From Squalus acanthias (Eukaryota): a stretch of DNA of 64,000 bases. This document shows positions 38,741 to 52,264 of the stretch, in pieces; the first letter of the stretch is position 1; every line of letters begins with the position of its first letter. A program made the position numbers and the translations under genes. Location: positions 67,520,001 through 67,584,000 of the forward strand of contig CM059438.1 of assembly GCA_030390025.1 (NCBI GenBank). The letters are read 5' to 3'. Below the pieces are notes generated by a model. That model saw only the letters and a program-made list of their open reading frames with translations. It ran no database searches and was not told the DNA's origin.

Positions 38741-39439
38741 GACTCCTGCATTTGCTTACAGAACAACAGTACACTGCAAAAGTAATTCATTTGCTGCAAA
38801 GTGCTTTGGGAAATCCTGAGGACATTGTAGAAGGGCAAGTTCTTTCTTTATTTCTTCCCGAAAAGTGATTGTATTTTTCTTTATATTTGCATCTGTGTTA
38901 TTGACCTTATATTGACCTAAGGCGCTTTGCTAAACTGCATACAGCACAGGACCATTGCAGACAGTAAATAGCCAGTGGGCAGGTTTGTGATTTATTACTT
39001 GCTCACATAGAGGACAACAGACAGCATTGCCAACTGACATACAGTGGCGTTCAGGACCCATCATTTGTCAATGCATTTATTTGGGACGAAAGAAGCTGAA
39101 AAAGGAATTGATCCAGGACATTTATTTGAGTCATATGTTCATTTCTTTATAATTACTGATATATATTACTGATGTGAGAGTTGAAAAGTTAAACCTTTTG
39201 GACACCATTGCCAAAACTGATGTTACAGATTGCACAATGTCAAGGTACAAACTCCTGGTACTTAAATAAGATAAAGAATCAACCCGCGATCACAGTAGAC
39301 AATGGCTTGCATGCAGGCTGATTGTCTGGTACCGAGATTGAACAAAGGAACAACCATCTCGAAACCAGACAGTGCTGTTGAAAGCGAGACATGCCTAAAA
39401 ACTAGTCAATTCAAAACAGAAACTCTCTTAACAGGAATA

Positions 39440-39575
39440 CAAAAGCAAAATACTGCGGATGCTGGAAATCTGTAACGCAAAGAGAAAATGCTGGAAATGC
39501 TCTGCAGATCAGGCAGCATCTGTGGAGAGAGAACTAGAGTGAATGTTTAGGTCGATGACCTTTCATCAGAACTGC
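39440..39575 (-). mobile_element. Penelope-type pLTR fragment with damaged hammerhead motif
   Basis: Minus strand 39538-39573 reads AGTT-CTGATGA-A-AGGTCATCGACCT-AAACATTC-ACT. The G of GAAA is missing. Confidence 0.7.
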
Positions 39576-40045
39576 TCCAACAGGCTTTGGTGTCGTCGAC
39601 AAAGGGGGGCCATCAGACAAAGCAATTAAGAGATTGCGGAGACAGTTAGATCTAACAATAGACAAAGTGATTGAGTCTGACATCAGACAAAGTGACAATT
39701 AAGAGGCCAAAGAAGTAATGGAGTCTGTGAACAAGTCAGTAAAAGTGACCGTGAAGCTGTTGCATTGTCACAAAAACCCAACTGATTCACTGAGGTCATT
39801 CAAGGAAGGGAACCTGCCGTTCTTGGCATGTTTTACCATGTTTTAAAGGTGCTATATAAATGCAAGTTGAAGTTGTTGTTGTCCTTATCTGGCCTGCCAA
39901 TATATGACTCCGGTCCAACATCAACGTGGTTGACTCTAGCAAGCAGGCCTAATACTGCCTTCTCAGGGCAACTAGGGATGGGTAATAAATGTCAGCTTTG
40001 CCAGTGATGCCCACATCCTGAGAATGAATTTTTAAAAATGTTATT

Positions 40046-40780
40046 GGGCCTGAATTTGTGGTCGGAGGCTTCCTGCGGGCGGATGCCTCCGAACGGCAAA
40101 AAAGTCTACGAACTTACCTTCTGCCTCAGGATCCATGGAGACTCGCGCTCCTGGGCCTCTACGCCTAGACATGTGTAGAGGCCCACATATCCCAGGGGTG
40201 CAGGCGGTTCGCAAGCGGCCCTGGGATCACGTGGGCCGGCCCAATCAATGAAAGAAGGGGATCCCCATTCATAGGTAGGTACATAAAAAACACATTAACA
40301 TAACAAATACATTTTAAAAAACTACATATTTAAAATTAATTAAAATACAATATAATTAAACATTTAAAACAAAAATGTAATTTTTTGAAAAATAAATTTA
40401 AATGTTTTAAAGAGGCTAAAAATAACCTTACCTTATTTTACAGGTGTTTTAATGTTTAAATGATTGAAAAAATATATTTTTATATTCATTTAAACTCTTA
40501 TGCTTGCGAACCGCTTGCGCCCCTGGGATACTTGGGCGTAAGGCCTGCTTTTACCAGGCATAAGAATTTCATGGGCATTCGTTGGGCTGAAGTTGGGCAA
40601 ATAGCCCAACTCTCCGCCCGCGGATGTCCATTTCCTGGGTTTGGCTACAATCTGTCAAGAAGATTCTTGACAGATCGCAAGTTCCAGGTTTTAGCGCATG
40701 TGCTTCACGCACGAAAACCCAGAACTTGCGGGGTCCTTATGGGCGCATATGCACCCGTAGGGGCCGCAAAATACGGGGCC
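40046..40780 (+). mobile_element. Harbinger-like MITE, family B (diverged subfamily)
   Basis: TIRs GGGCCTGAATTTGTGGTC / GGCCGCAAAATACGGGGCC with TSD ATT/ATT. Confidence 0.85.
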
Positions 40781-42303
40781 ATTGCCTATTTTAAGAATCG
40801 TATCTGGAACTAAAAGTCCTTTATAGTTTCCCAAGGATTTAATACAATGCTAAATTGCATCAACACTTTCAAGACTATAATAAATGAGGTGTGATGTTGA
40901 ACATTTGGACAACATTCTTCAGATATTGTGAACAATTGCTTATGTGGCTGTCTGATTTGATATGAAAAATACTTCTGGTTTGAGAGTTCCAAAACTGTAA
41001 ACTTGTACAATTATACTTTAAATGCATGTTATGAAAAGGATGTTTCATAGCCAGGCTTGAGGAATGATAAACATCTCTACCCACAGGGCTGACCATATCT
41101 CCGTTGCGGATTTGTTGCTCAGGACTCATCCTCACTTCTGGAGATATTTCATCTTATCCCACTGCTGTTCATGATGGATCCTATTTTAAGGAATCTAGGG
41201 TTATGCTCTTTAATGCTAAGCATTGGAACAATATCATTATTACAGATGATGCCCAACACCCACATCAGTTGAATTTTCAAGATGATTGAGGGCGAGTGTA
41301 AATATTTAACAATATGATCAGTGACAGTGCGCTAAATATATTAAATGGTAGAACATTTCGGATGGATTTTGTAGCGCGTAGGTGGGCAGAGGCTTTTGAA
41401 CAATAAAATGGAAGTTCTGCCAAATTGATAACACAGTATTTTTTGCTTTTGCAGCTGAGGTACTATTGCTGACAAGCTAAAGTCATCCAATTTGAGCTGA
41501 AGTAATTCAAAGGAACCAAACTCTGAATTAGGTAATGGTCCCTGTGCAGATTTTGCTACGCAAGTGCTTTATCTTTCAGAGCTTTATCACGGCCAACAGG
41601 ACTAAACCTATGTTGAGATATAACTCAACATGTCGAGTGTTTAATGTTCAAATCAAAATTGTTTCAGGTGGTTTTCTAGGTAATTTGTCTCTCAAAGGCT
41701 AGCTTGATTGCTTCTCAATAGTTTTGTACCACCAGCCATTAACATACACGGATGTAGAGGTCAAAAGCAACAGTTCCACAACTGCTGTGTAAATCCATTC
41801 AGCTACAACCATGACCTGGAAAGCCTAGGATTTGGTCACTTCTCAGAGAAACTGTTATAATTATACTATGTTGTGATTCAAAATGGCTTCGGAATGCATA
41901 ACACGGTTCAGTACAAATGATGCATAGGTAACACTTTTAATAATGGCACCTCTTTTATCCCAAAAGATTGGAATAATTGACATTTATATCATGCAGCAAA
42001 TGCTCAGACTGATTCAGTAAATAGCACATTGATTACGGTTATCAATTTTTCATCATTACATTAGTGTTAATGTGTTCATCTGACACACCCTTGAACTGCA
42101 AGCTAAGAAGCAGCTCATTAACCTTTGACTTACTGTCATGTCATAAGCAATATAATCGATATAATGTGTGTTGATAGCTAGATTATTTAGGTAAACATTT
42201 AAATTACAAGAAAACTTCATTGCAAGAATAAAAAAAAGCACGGACCAGCAATAAAACGATTAATTGTTCTGTGTAAAACAGACTTTATTTTTAACAGAAA
42301 ATC

Positions 42304-42625
42304 TTTCAGATGAGACATTTAACTGAGGCCCCATCCGCCCTCTCAGGTGGACATAAAAGCACCCATGGCACTATTTAAAGAAGCGAGTTCCCCCGTCATC
42401 TTGGCCAATATTTATCCAGCAACCAACATCACTAAAACAGATGATCTGGCCATCTATCTCATTGTTGTTTGTGGGACCTTGCTGTGCACAAATTGGCTGC
42501 CGTGTTTTCCAACATTACAACAGTGACTACACTTCAGAAGTAATTTATCGGTTGTAATGGGCTGTGAGACATCCTGAGGTTGTGAAAGGCACTGTATAAA
42601 TGCAAGTTCTTTCTTTCTTTCTTTC
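42304..42625 (+). mobile_element. DeuSINE (5'-truncated)
   Basis: Deu core, with tail TATAAATGCAAGTTCTTTCTTTC. Confidence 0.85.
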
Positions 42626-42782
42626 TTGCCCTTATGTCCCACCTCCACAGCCATCGTCTGCAGCCGAAGAGGTGGTCCAGGTAATAATCTGCTGTGTGGT
42701 TATCAGTGTATTGACTGTTGTGGGAAAAGTTTTCAGAGTAGGATAAATCTCCCTGCGGCTTTGTCCTTCTCCACAAGACTAT

Positions 42783-43533
42783 GGGCCGGAATTTGCTGAA
42801 AAAATAATGGCGTGTGAACGACGCACGCTATTACTAATGTGAAAATCGGCCAGCAACCTGTGGTGAGGAAGAGATACCCTGTGAATTGCGAATCGCCACA
42901 AGTTGCTGGCTGATTTGCGCCTCTCCGCCGGTAGCTTTGCGAAAATGCCATCGCGCCCTTAACCTCCTGGTGACTTTCATGTAGTTGCTGCACTTGCACA
43001 TTAACTGGCCATTAAACGCACCTCAGAAACTTAATCTCGTAATTAATAGCTTAACTACCTTTTTAACAATATGATCATTGTTGATGAATGCCAATCAACC
43101 TCTCTGGTTCAGGAAGCTTAAAAGTGTGGAGACTCATTCCTTCAGTTGGAGATTTAAAAAATGTTGAACTGTAAATTTAAAAAAAAATCATACATTTCGT
43201 TTCTGCCTCTTTTTTTTCTCTCTCTCTTAATCCAATCTTTCTTTCCCTCTCTTTATTTCTCTTTCTGTATCTGATTTGACATTGAATTCACTCCCTCTAA
43301 CTCACCCTCCTTCTCAGTCCTTCCTCTGTTTATTTCTCAATCATAAATCTCATTGGTTAAGGAGATATACTGTTGGTACCGTCGTTCACCAGGTCCCAGA
43401 TGCCCCATCGCCCGTTATCAGCTCACTCTTCCAGCAACTTGCAAGGCAAACAATTTTTGAACTGAAGGGTGCAGGAAAAGGTCCAACGAACCGGGCATGC
43501 CGCTAGATGCCTTGCTCCAGTAAATTCTGGCCC
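42783..43533 (+). mobile_element. Harbinger-like MITE, family D (truncated relative at ~17525-17690)
   Basis: TIRs GGGCCGGAATTTGCTG / CAGTAAATTCTGGCCC with flanks TAT/GAT. Confidence 0.8.
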
Positions 43534-43869
43534 GATGTGATCTTGCCCTCTGGTGAGTTGGAACCTGTGGCACCCTATTCCGATGCCCTGACTCCTGAAA
43601 ACTTGTGCCCGGTGATTCACCACGTGAATACTCCTCCTCTAGCCTACCTTCTAAAATACTCATAGTGCCATTCTCTGAGCTGGTGATTACAAGAGTGAGA
43701 TCAAGTAAGTATCTTCAGGAAGGCTGGCCTCCTCTTCCTCCACTGGCAGAGAGGCATCCATATTTTCAGCACCTGAAATGAAAGAGAGGGAAAAGGCTTT
43801 GTTTTTAGTGGAAAGGGAGAGCAGAGAGAGAAGTGACTGGTTTTTGGGTGTAATCAGGTTTCTAGACCC

Positions 43870-44560
43870 AAATGCCACAGGCTATAGACAGAGCTCAGCG
43901 ATCCCACAGTGAACAGCCCTGTAGCCCTATCACTTCCAGACGAGAATGGTGGTGGACAACCAGGCAACTAACAGGAGGAGGAGGCTCCATGAACATCTGC
44001 ATTGTGAAGCATGGTGCAGTACAACATATGAGTGCAAGAGACAAATTTGAAGTGTTTGCAAACATCTTCAGCCAGAAGTGCCAAATGAATGATCCTACTT
44101 GGCCTCCTCCTGAGGTCCTCACCATAATACATACCAGTGTTCACCCAATTCGGTTCAGTCCACGTGACATTAAGAAGCAGCTGAGTGAAATGGACACAGC
44201 AAAGGCTACAGGCCATGACAATAACCCGGTGGCAATGCTGAAGACTTATGCACCAGTGCAAGTCCCCTCGCCAAGCTGTTCCAGTGCAGCTATGGCACTG
44301 GCATCTACCCGAAAATGTGGAACATAGGCATGTTCTATCCACAAGATGCAGGATAAATCTAACCCGACCAATAACCAAACGATCAGATTCTTCCCAGTTA
44401 TCAGTAAGTGAAGGGAGGAGTCATGAATAGAGCCATCAAGCAGCACCTACTCACCGACAATCTGCTCATCAACGCTTAGTTCAGGTTCTGCCAGAACTGC
44501 TCAGCTCCAGACCTCATCACAGCTTTGATCCAGATGCAAAAGCTGAATGCTAGTGGAGAG
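43870..44560 (+). mobile_element. Degenerate CR1-clade LINE internal fragment
   Basis: REWWWT...SARDKFEVFANIFSQKC...IKKQLSEMDTAKATGHD, the region upstream of the RT domain. Confidence 0.75.
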
Positions 44561-46597
44561 GTGCCAGAGAATGGAACCGCACTGCTGAAACAAGGAGAGG
44601 GAGTCTTTTTGGAGTCTGAAACAGGGGGATCTTGCGGGTAAGGAGATCTTAAATTAGGAGGTCGGGTAGGAGGAATTGTAATGGGTAATTTTGCAATGCT
44701 GTGCTCCCGGTGTGGAGCCTCTCCAGACAGGTGGGCTGGTGAGTCAGAGACAGGCCTGTAACACGATAGGGCCATGTCTACAACCTGAGCTCCCAACTAG
44801 CGAGACTGGGAACAGAGCTTTGTAAAATGAGCCTGCAATATCTCGAGTGGGAGGGGCCTGACTGCTTTGTGACACATTACCTGGTTGCTACGTGACTGGC
44901 TCCTGGCCCCATTGTGATGTCACATGGAGACAGGTATTTCCCTGGTTACCCATCTTTCAATGATAGTCAATGTGAGCAGGAGCTGGACTTGGCAGCTGAG
45001 ACTGGGAGTGAAATTACTCTTTAGAACCAGTGCAGAGGGAAGAATAAGAACAACCTGAAATTAAGGTGTGGAATTAATTCAATCAAATTCTCGTATCATT
45101 ATACATTCAAATTAAATATAGTCAGAAAAAATAGTCCTCTTGTATCCTAGTTACAGATTCCAAATATTAATTATCATCATATTCTGATCATATTACAAGT
45201 ATCTGAGATGAACAGTGTCTCAGGAAGGGGAATTGAAAGAAGTTTCATCCATGTCGAACCAGCTACAAGTGGAGAAACGTCACTCACCAAACAATGCAGA
45301 TCCGAAGTGGGGCCGAAACCCCGTGTCGAAGAGGGAATAAACAGGAAACTTCCAGAATGGGAGAATACTGGAAAAGGTAGGAATCGACCTGGAATCGGAC
45401 CCCTGCCAAGTGAATCTAACTTTCCACTTGGAGTTGGTGACAGCTGCCCAGAAAGATGCAGCCTTTGATGTTCCCTCCCTCCCTGTGGGTGAGCACCTCA
45501 CCAAGATGGCTTCCATAGTGAAGAGGAATTATGTGTGGGGGGAGGGGGGGTGGGAAGAGGGGGAACCCATGACCTGTCACCACATGGCAGAGGAAGAAAA
45601 ACAAATGACTTTGAGTTTGGACATAAAGAAGTTGGTGAACTCATCACATTTGGATGGAGGAGATGGTTAATAGAATAGATTTAAATTCCTGTTTCCCAGG
45701 ATGATCTTGGAGGATTATGAGGACTTGATCATAGCAAGGGAGTGATGGTAGTGTTTAATGTGATTGAGCCATTTGGGTGGCGTAAGGCCATCTGGCAACT
45801 TGTACACTAAGTGTACTGTAGGTTGTCCAGCCTGCAGATTTGATCCTACAGAGGTGACTGTTGTACTAGAAGAAGGGGGTGGGTTGGGAGACCATTCGTA
45901 ATGGCATGAGGATGGGACAAGAGGACATTTGTGGAGATCGACAGATGCGTCAATGTCATCATGGGTGATTGGCAATAGATTGGGGAGGTTGGAGTGTGAG
46001 AGGTCAATTGTGAGATGATTGTGATGTAATTTTTCTGCGGGTTAAATGTGAAATAGAGGGATTTCATAGAATCTTACAGTACAGAAGGAAGCCTTTTGTT
46101 CCATCATGCCTGTGCTGGCTCTTTGAAAGAGGTATCTAATTAGTCCCATTCCCCAGATCTTTCTCCACAGCCCTGCAATGGGGAATGCAGAAGGATTCAT
46201 ATAAGAGAAGAGATGAGAATATGATCCGAGAGTCCTGATTGTGATATAGACCACAGAGGCCAAAATGGGGATTGAAGGAGGCAAGTAGGACAGGGGAATT
46301 GGCTTAAAAACAGAAAATGCTGGAAATACTCAGCAGGTCAGGCAACATTGGCTGATGTGGAAGGATGAGTTAAGATGGAGTTCAAAAGGATAAGGAGTTG
46401 TTTAGTGCAGAGACTGAGGGCAGACAACAGGGTTGAGAATTTGATGAGAAAGATATATCGAGGGTCGTAGATGAGGAGAATGTTGTGGATGAATATTCAA
46501 ATACAAGCAAGAAACAGAAGGAATAGAGACAAGATATCAAGGTGGAATTTGGAGATGAGTGCTATAGTGGCACCAGGTCAGCTAGCACAGGGGATGT

Positions 46598-47171
46598 TAT
46601 AGAAACATAGAAACATAGAAGATAGGAGCAGGAGTAGGCCATTCGGCCCCTCGAGCCTGCTCCGCCATTCGATGAGATCATGGCTGATCATCCAAACTCA
46701 GTTCCCTGTACCTGCCTTCTCCCCATATCCCTTGATACCTTTAGCTTTAAGAAATATATCTAACTCATTCTTGAATATATTTAATGACTTGGCCTCAACT
46801 ACCTTCTGTGGTAGAGAATTCCACAGGTTCACCACTCTCTGGGTGAATAAATTCTTCCTCATTTCTGTCCTAAATGGCTTACCCGTTATCCTTAGATTAT
46901 GACCCCTGGTTCTGGACTCTCCGACCATCGGGAACATTCTTCCTGCATCTAGTTTGTCCAGACCTGTCAGAATTTTATATGTTTCGATGAGATCCCCTCT
47001 CATTCTTCTATACTCCAGCGAGTATAAGCCCAATCGACCCAATCTCTCCTCATATGTCATTCCTGCCATCCCAGGTATCAGCCTTGTGAATCTTCGCTGA
47101 ACTCCCTCCATGGCAAGAACATCCTTCCTCAGATAAGGCGACCAAAACTGCACACAGTACTCAAGGTGTGG
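46598..47171 (-). mobile_element. Young CR1 LINE 3' fragment
   Basis: Uninterrupted PHLEYCVQFWSPYLRKD...FTQRVVNLWNSLPQ. (TTTCTATG)n tail. Confidence 0.92.
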
Positions 47172-47654
47172 AACATGAAACCAGGCATGGGAAACATTGG
47201 TGACGGGGAAGGACTCTTTAATCAATGAGCCAAGTTTTAACCAGGCTGAGGTTGTCATTTCCCTCCTCCAATCAGGCTATGGATAGGGAAAGCCTTGTTT
47301 GTTAAAAAGCAGACATTTTGTAGAGTAATGGGGAGGAGGGTTACTAGAGGCTCACTAGGAGTTGGGGAGATAGAAGAGTTTCTGGGGGCACAGTCTGTGC
47401 AGGTTCGAGACACTAATTCCAGGATGGCAGGGTGGGAGTTGGGGGAGGCAGGTAAAGGAAAGCAACAGAAGATGGGAATGAGGTAGTTCGGGTGACTGCT
47501 GGGGCAGAGCCATTAGGACTGCCATGACTGGCATGGAATGGCACAGCTACTGATAGATTTGAAGGTGAGGAAAAGTCGATTGTCTGGGACATGTGAAGCT
47601 GAGAGAGCTTCATGAGAATGGGAAGGTTGTAGATTCGGGCCTAATTTCAGGTGA

Positions 47655-47915
47655 GAACGTAAGAACATAAGAAATAGGAGCAGGAGTAGGCCATACAGCC
47701 CCTCGCGCGGGCTCCGCCATTCAATAAGACCATGGCTGATCTTTTACTTCAATTCCACTTTCCTGCCCGATCCCCATACCCTTGATTCCCTTAGTGTCTA
47801 AAAATCTATCGATCTCAGTCTTGAATATACTTATCGACTGAGCCTCCACAACCCTCTGGGGTAGAGAATTCCAAAGATTCACCACCCTCTGAGTGAAGAA
47901 AGTTCTCCTCATCTC
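47655..47915 (-). mobile_element. CR1 3' end
   Basis: FFTQRVVNLWNSLPQRVVEA, with the same tail as at 26700. Confidence 0.88.
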
Positions 47916-49743
47916 AATCAGTGATCTCGATGACTTGGAGTTTGTGGCAGGTGGAACTTCGAAAGTGCAAAGGAGGGCTTCAGAGAAATCTTGTCTCAAG
48001 GGGTGGATTAGAGATTTGGCTGCAGAGGGGGAAGGTCGGGACAGAGGCAGATGACCTTTCAGAGGTGGTACGTGTTGGACATCCTGGGGAGTTGTATGTT
48101 GGACATCATGGGGAGTTAAGGGTTAATAGTTGAACTTCCCTGTATCCTGGAGCAAAGACTTTTCAATAAAAACAGGATGGCTTTGAAGTGTTGTGAGGGG
48201 AGATCATAGCTTGTCTTCTGCTTTTAGTTTCTTGAATGGTATATACAGAAAGTGCTTGTGAAAGGAAATAAGTGACAGTAATAACATCAGCCATGAGTGA
48301 TTAAGGTATAACTTTAGTGGCTAGGTTATTAAACATAAGTAGAGGGATCCATTATCTATAGGATGGAAAGATAATGGTTAATAAACCTACTCTTCAAAGG
48401 ATTCGAGAACAGTTCAGTCAGGAAACCTTGTTTGAGAAAAGTATCTTTTCTGTTTATGTAAGTAGACTGTTTTCAAAGGATTCAGGAACAAATACATCAT
48501 GAGGTCTTATCTGTGACATATACCTTTGATGTCGGCAAAATATGGTGTATAAATAGTTCCTTGGAGGGCTTGAAAGATAGAACTAGAAACCGAAAGCCAC
48601 TCTCTGTGTACACTATAGATCGATCACCCATGCTGGATATCAAAGTCTGTTCCTTATACTCCACCATCAAGTGTCTCGTGTTTACTCTAAGTTTGTCATT
48701 GTGAATCATAGAAGGAAGGAGATTGTCTAACAGTTGAATGTTAACAGTGAGAAAGCTGTCTTGGTGCTGGATCATGTTGGGGAGGAAGCTGAGCTCGAGG
48801 TTGAGGAGCACGCCAAGGTTGCACAGGAACGTTAGACATCCTACACTCAGGAGCACACCCTGGGAGAGGGCAGCACTGACTGTGCAGGTACATGAGTAAC
48901 CTTTAGAGATCAGTTACTTTCTGCACCCCAACTCATTCAGGATTTTCTTGCAACTAGCATGTTGCAGGTGTGTGACATCTAATCTAAGGAATTTTCCAAC
49001 TTTCACATATCCACTTTTTTTTAATTTCAGCTCACCTTTGAAGACCAGGACTGTCCTTCAGATGTCTCAAATTGCCTGTCAGTTCGATATTTCCAGAACT
49101 GTATAAAGGACACGACAGCAATCCAGAAAGGTAGGACATGGTGAGTCACATTCGGCACCAAGATTGGCCACACTTGTTGCTGTGCTGTGGCAAATTGAGA
49201 AATGCTGGGACTCCTCCTGCGATGGGATTGAACCGTCACTCTGGTATGAAAAACACTCAATACCAAAGGTGGTGAAGGAAGGAATCTCCAAATTTAAAGC
49301 TTTGAAAAATTGGATTCTTAAATAAAAACAGTTCCTCAGATCCTGACGTGTTCACATGAGACACATCCGCAGTCCAGGATTAATCCAGAATGCCTGCAGG
49401 CCAACAGGAGTCAAAGCCAGTTCCAGATTAACACGTATTAAACCTGTCATAGGGGTACTGGAAACAATAAAAGGACAACAATAAATCGGACTGAAGTGTC
49501 GATCAGTGGGTAGATTTGAATTTCAGCCTTGGAATGAAAGTTGAACCTACAGTTGGAAGGTCAGACTGTATATTAATCAGGACATGACAGCACTAATGTG
49601 TTGTGCCAGGGGCTGAATTGGATGGTCAACCCAGACCACTCTCATTTACTTCCTGATGCTGATTCTGGAATGGGGGCATCACTGATACTGTCCCCATTGG
49701 ATGGGCTTACAGTGAATCCTGCCATTTGTTACTAAGATCCAAT

Positions 49744-49912
49744 GGGCTAGAATTTCCTCCATGTGCAGCAAATCAAAAAATACGGCAATGTGAAGCATTT
49801 CAAAGGCCCACGAATGGCAGAAATGACTTCCACCTGAATTTTCTCACTAAAGAAATATACTACGCTGTTCCTACACTGCTAAAGCATCTAAAGCATTGAG
49901 GAAATTCACCCC
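49744..49912. mobile_element. Small Harbinger-like MITE
   Basis: TIRs GGGCTAGAATTTCCTC / GAGGAAATTCACCCC with TSD AAT/AAT. Confidence 0.65.
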
Positions 49913-50443
49913 AATTTGTTTGCGCTCGGTATATTGTTATGTTCTCTGTTCTCTTTCTCCAGAGGCTGATGGTGCAAATGCCAGTGTGGGAACCAACCAA
50001 CGTACGGAGATTGTCCAATGCTGAATCAGAGAGGAAATCTATGGGCATCTTCTCCTCCATCTCTTCTCCCACCCTCAGCTCTTTGGAAAAACCAACATCA
50101 TCTGCTGCTGGTTCCCATGGTCATCATTTGCCCTTAATGGTGGGACAGACTGGGCACCAAGGACCAGTGAATCTGAAACTTATGAAAAATGATTGGCGAC
50201 ATCGCGATCATCATGGAAGGCCTTACAGGGAGGACTGATGCAGAATCTGATCTCTGGCACTTCATGAACAGGTGGTGGATCCCTTCTAATGGCACCAACA
50301 CTACCCTTGGTCATGTTACTCTCATCAGCAGCAGTGCATCACTTAGCCATCTTCAAAAATCAGGTTGGCATTTCCTGTATTCATTTCGTTATATTTCTTG
50401 GTTTCCTTAGACTTTTGAGTGCTCTGTTTTTAAAAAAATTATT

Positions 50444-51149
50444 GGGGAAAAATTCAGTTGCTTTATGCCTCCCATTAGCGCCCCGCAAAGCACCTAGTGC
50501 CCGGGCGCGGCGCCGCTAACACCTCCAGCGAAATTCAGCGGGAGGTTAGTGGCGGCAGTAGCCAGTAGCCCCCCGCAGCGCTGAGCCTCCGGTGATGATG
50601 TCATCGCCGTGCGCAGTGCCCCGCCTGCGTCCCAGCCGCAAACTTGGCTCGTGCTGCCGGACGCGATGTCCAACAGGGTCAGGGTGTCGTGTTTGTGGCC
50701 GGGGCGGCGCAAGTTACAGGGCAGGTGCCGGGCGGCCATTTTTTTTGGGCCGCCTGCCAGCACCTGCCCCCTGTCGACTCCTCCTCCAGGGTGCCGGCCG
50801 CGATCCGTCAGCCCCGCACTCCTCTTGAGAGCCGGGCTCTTTTGCCGGCACCCCGTTCCCCGGTGGTCCAGCAGGGCCCCGGTGCGCGCTGCGCGAGGCC
50901 CCTCCCCTTTAATCAGGGGAGGGAGGCCTGCAGTATGCGCTGACGTGTGTGGCGCTGCTGCATGTAGCGCTGTGATATTCAATGGGAGAGCCCCAAGAGG
51001 GAGGGGGAGCGTTTCCAGTAGCGCCCCGCCTCCTGCTTGGGATGCTACCATTCAATTTCAGGCACGGGGGCGCTAACTTTTTCGAGGCGCTAAAGTAACG
51101 CCCTGGCAAAGTTAGCGCCCCAAAGGGGGCGCGACCCAATTTTTCCCCC
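50444..51149 (-). mobile_element. Harbinger-like MITE, family A (CpG-rich)
   Basis: TIRs GGGGAAAAATT / AATTTTTCCCCC. Reverse-complement homologue of 3950-4278 and 14970-15684. Confidence 0.85.
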
Positions 51150-52264
51150 ATGACCCTAGGTGCAAGACCCAGACCCAGTAGCATCAGAGTGTGGCTCAGG
51201 GTGAAGGCAATTTTTTTGGACAGGTCCTTGGGGGGGTTATAGCTGGGACATGAGTAACAGGCCTCTACCTGTAATGTTTGGCACTAATGGATACTGGCCA
51301 GGGCCAGGCTCAGCCAATGGGACAATGGGTGCTTATGCACTGAAGCTGGTCTGCTTCATCCTCCTGGGACATAGTTTAGTTAGCTGGGGCTGAAGGGGCT
51401 CGTCTTTTGTAGGCCTCCAGAAAGGAGCCCGAAATGAACAGGAACTCCTCTAGCTGCTAGAGGAGACCATACACCAGGCATCCCAGGTAATCTGCCCACC
51501 CATTGGTAGGAGACTGTTTGCTTTAGCCCAGTAGTAGGTTGGTACTTTTCTGCTGCTGGCAGGGATAGCTACACTGGGCTGCGTGGTGCAAGTCATTCAC
51601 TGGGAAAGTGACATCCTTCAGGCAATGGGGCTATGTCTGTGGAGATTGTGAGTTCAATCAGTGTCATGTGGTCTTCCAGCATGCTCTACAGAACAGTTGA
51701 ATGCAGGGGGCAGAAGCAGAGCATGTTTAGCAGAGTGCCAGTGCACCTGTAATCCCTCCAGCATCTGTCAGTGAGGGGTGAAATGTGAAGTTTACATTGT
51801 GTACGGTGCATGTATGGCTGATGCAAACTTGGCCATCACCCCTTCCAGAACATGTGGAGGTTGTCACTTTGCTCTATTCCACCACCTGAGGGTGATGATA
51901 TTTGTGCTGCTGTGTGAGGGGGAATTTGCAGCCAACATGTTGGAAGTACACAATCTGCTCCTCACTCAAGTTGGCCCAATCTAATGATGCCTTTCCCATG
52001 CTGGGCTCTGAACCCTGAATCTCAGTTAACATTTCTGGGAACTCCCCATTGAGTCAGACTGGGGAAACTGTGAAGGTCGGGAGGAGTCTTCAGGTGTGCA
52101 CAGGCCTCCTTCTGGCTGATGCCACTATGGTGTGTATCTGTTTGCTATGAGATTTATGGAGGGATTTATAAATGGCAGGTATTGTAGAGATTTTAGAAAG
52201 GGTGGCAATTTTCATTTCCAAGTGTAGACTTCTTTTGAGAGTGCAAACTCCAGCCTATGAGCTA

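Noticed and set aside
45480..48850. Long, highly degenerate minus-strand retroelement interrupted by CR1 copies
   Set aside because: Composition is suggestive and there is an L2-like NLGVLL motif near 48800, but I could not assign family or boundaries reliably.
50444..51149. CpG-island promoter with GC-rich ORFs
   Set aside because: Lies wholly within a TIR-bounded MITE with three other copies in the window.
51180..52130. Degenerate Harbinger internal region
   Set aside because: Faint resemblance only, with no TIRs or readable catalytic motif.
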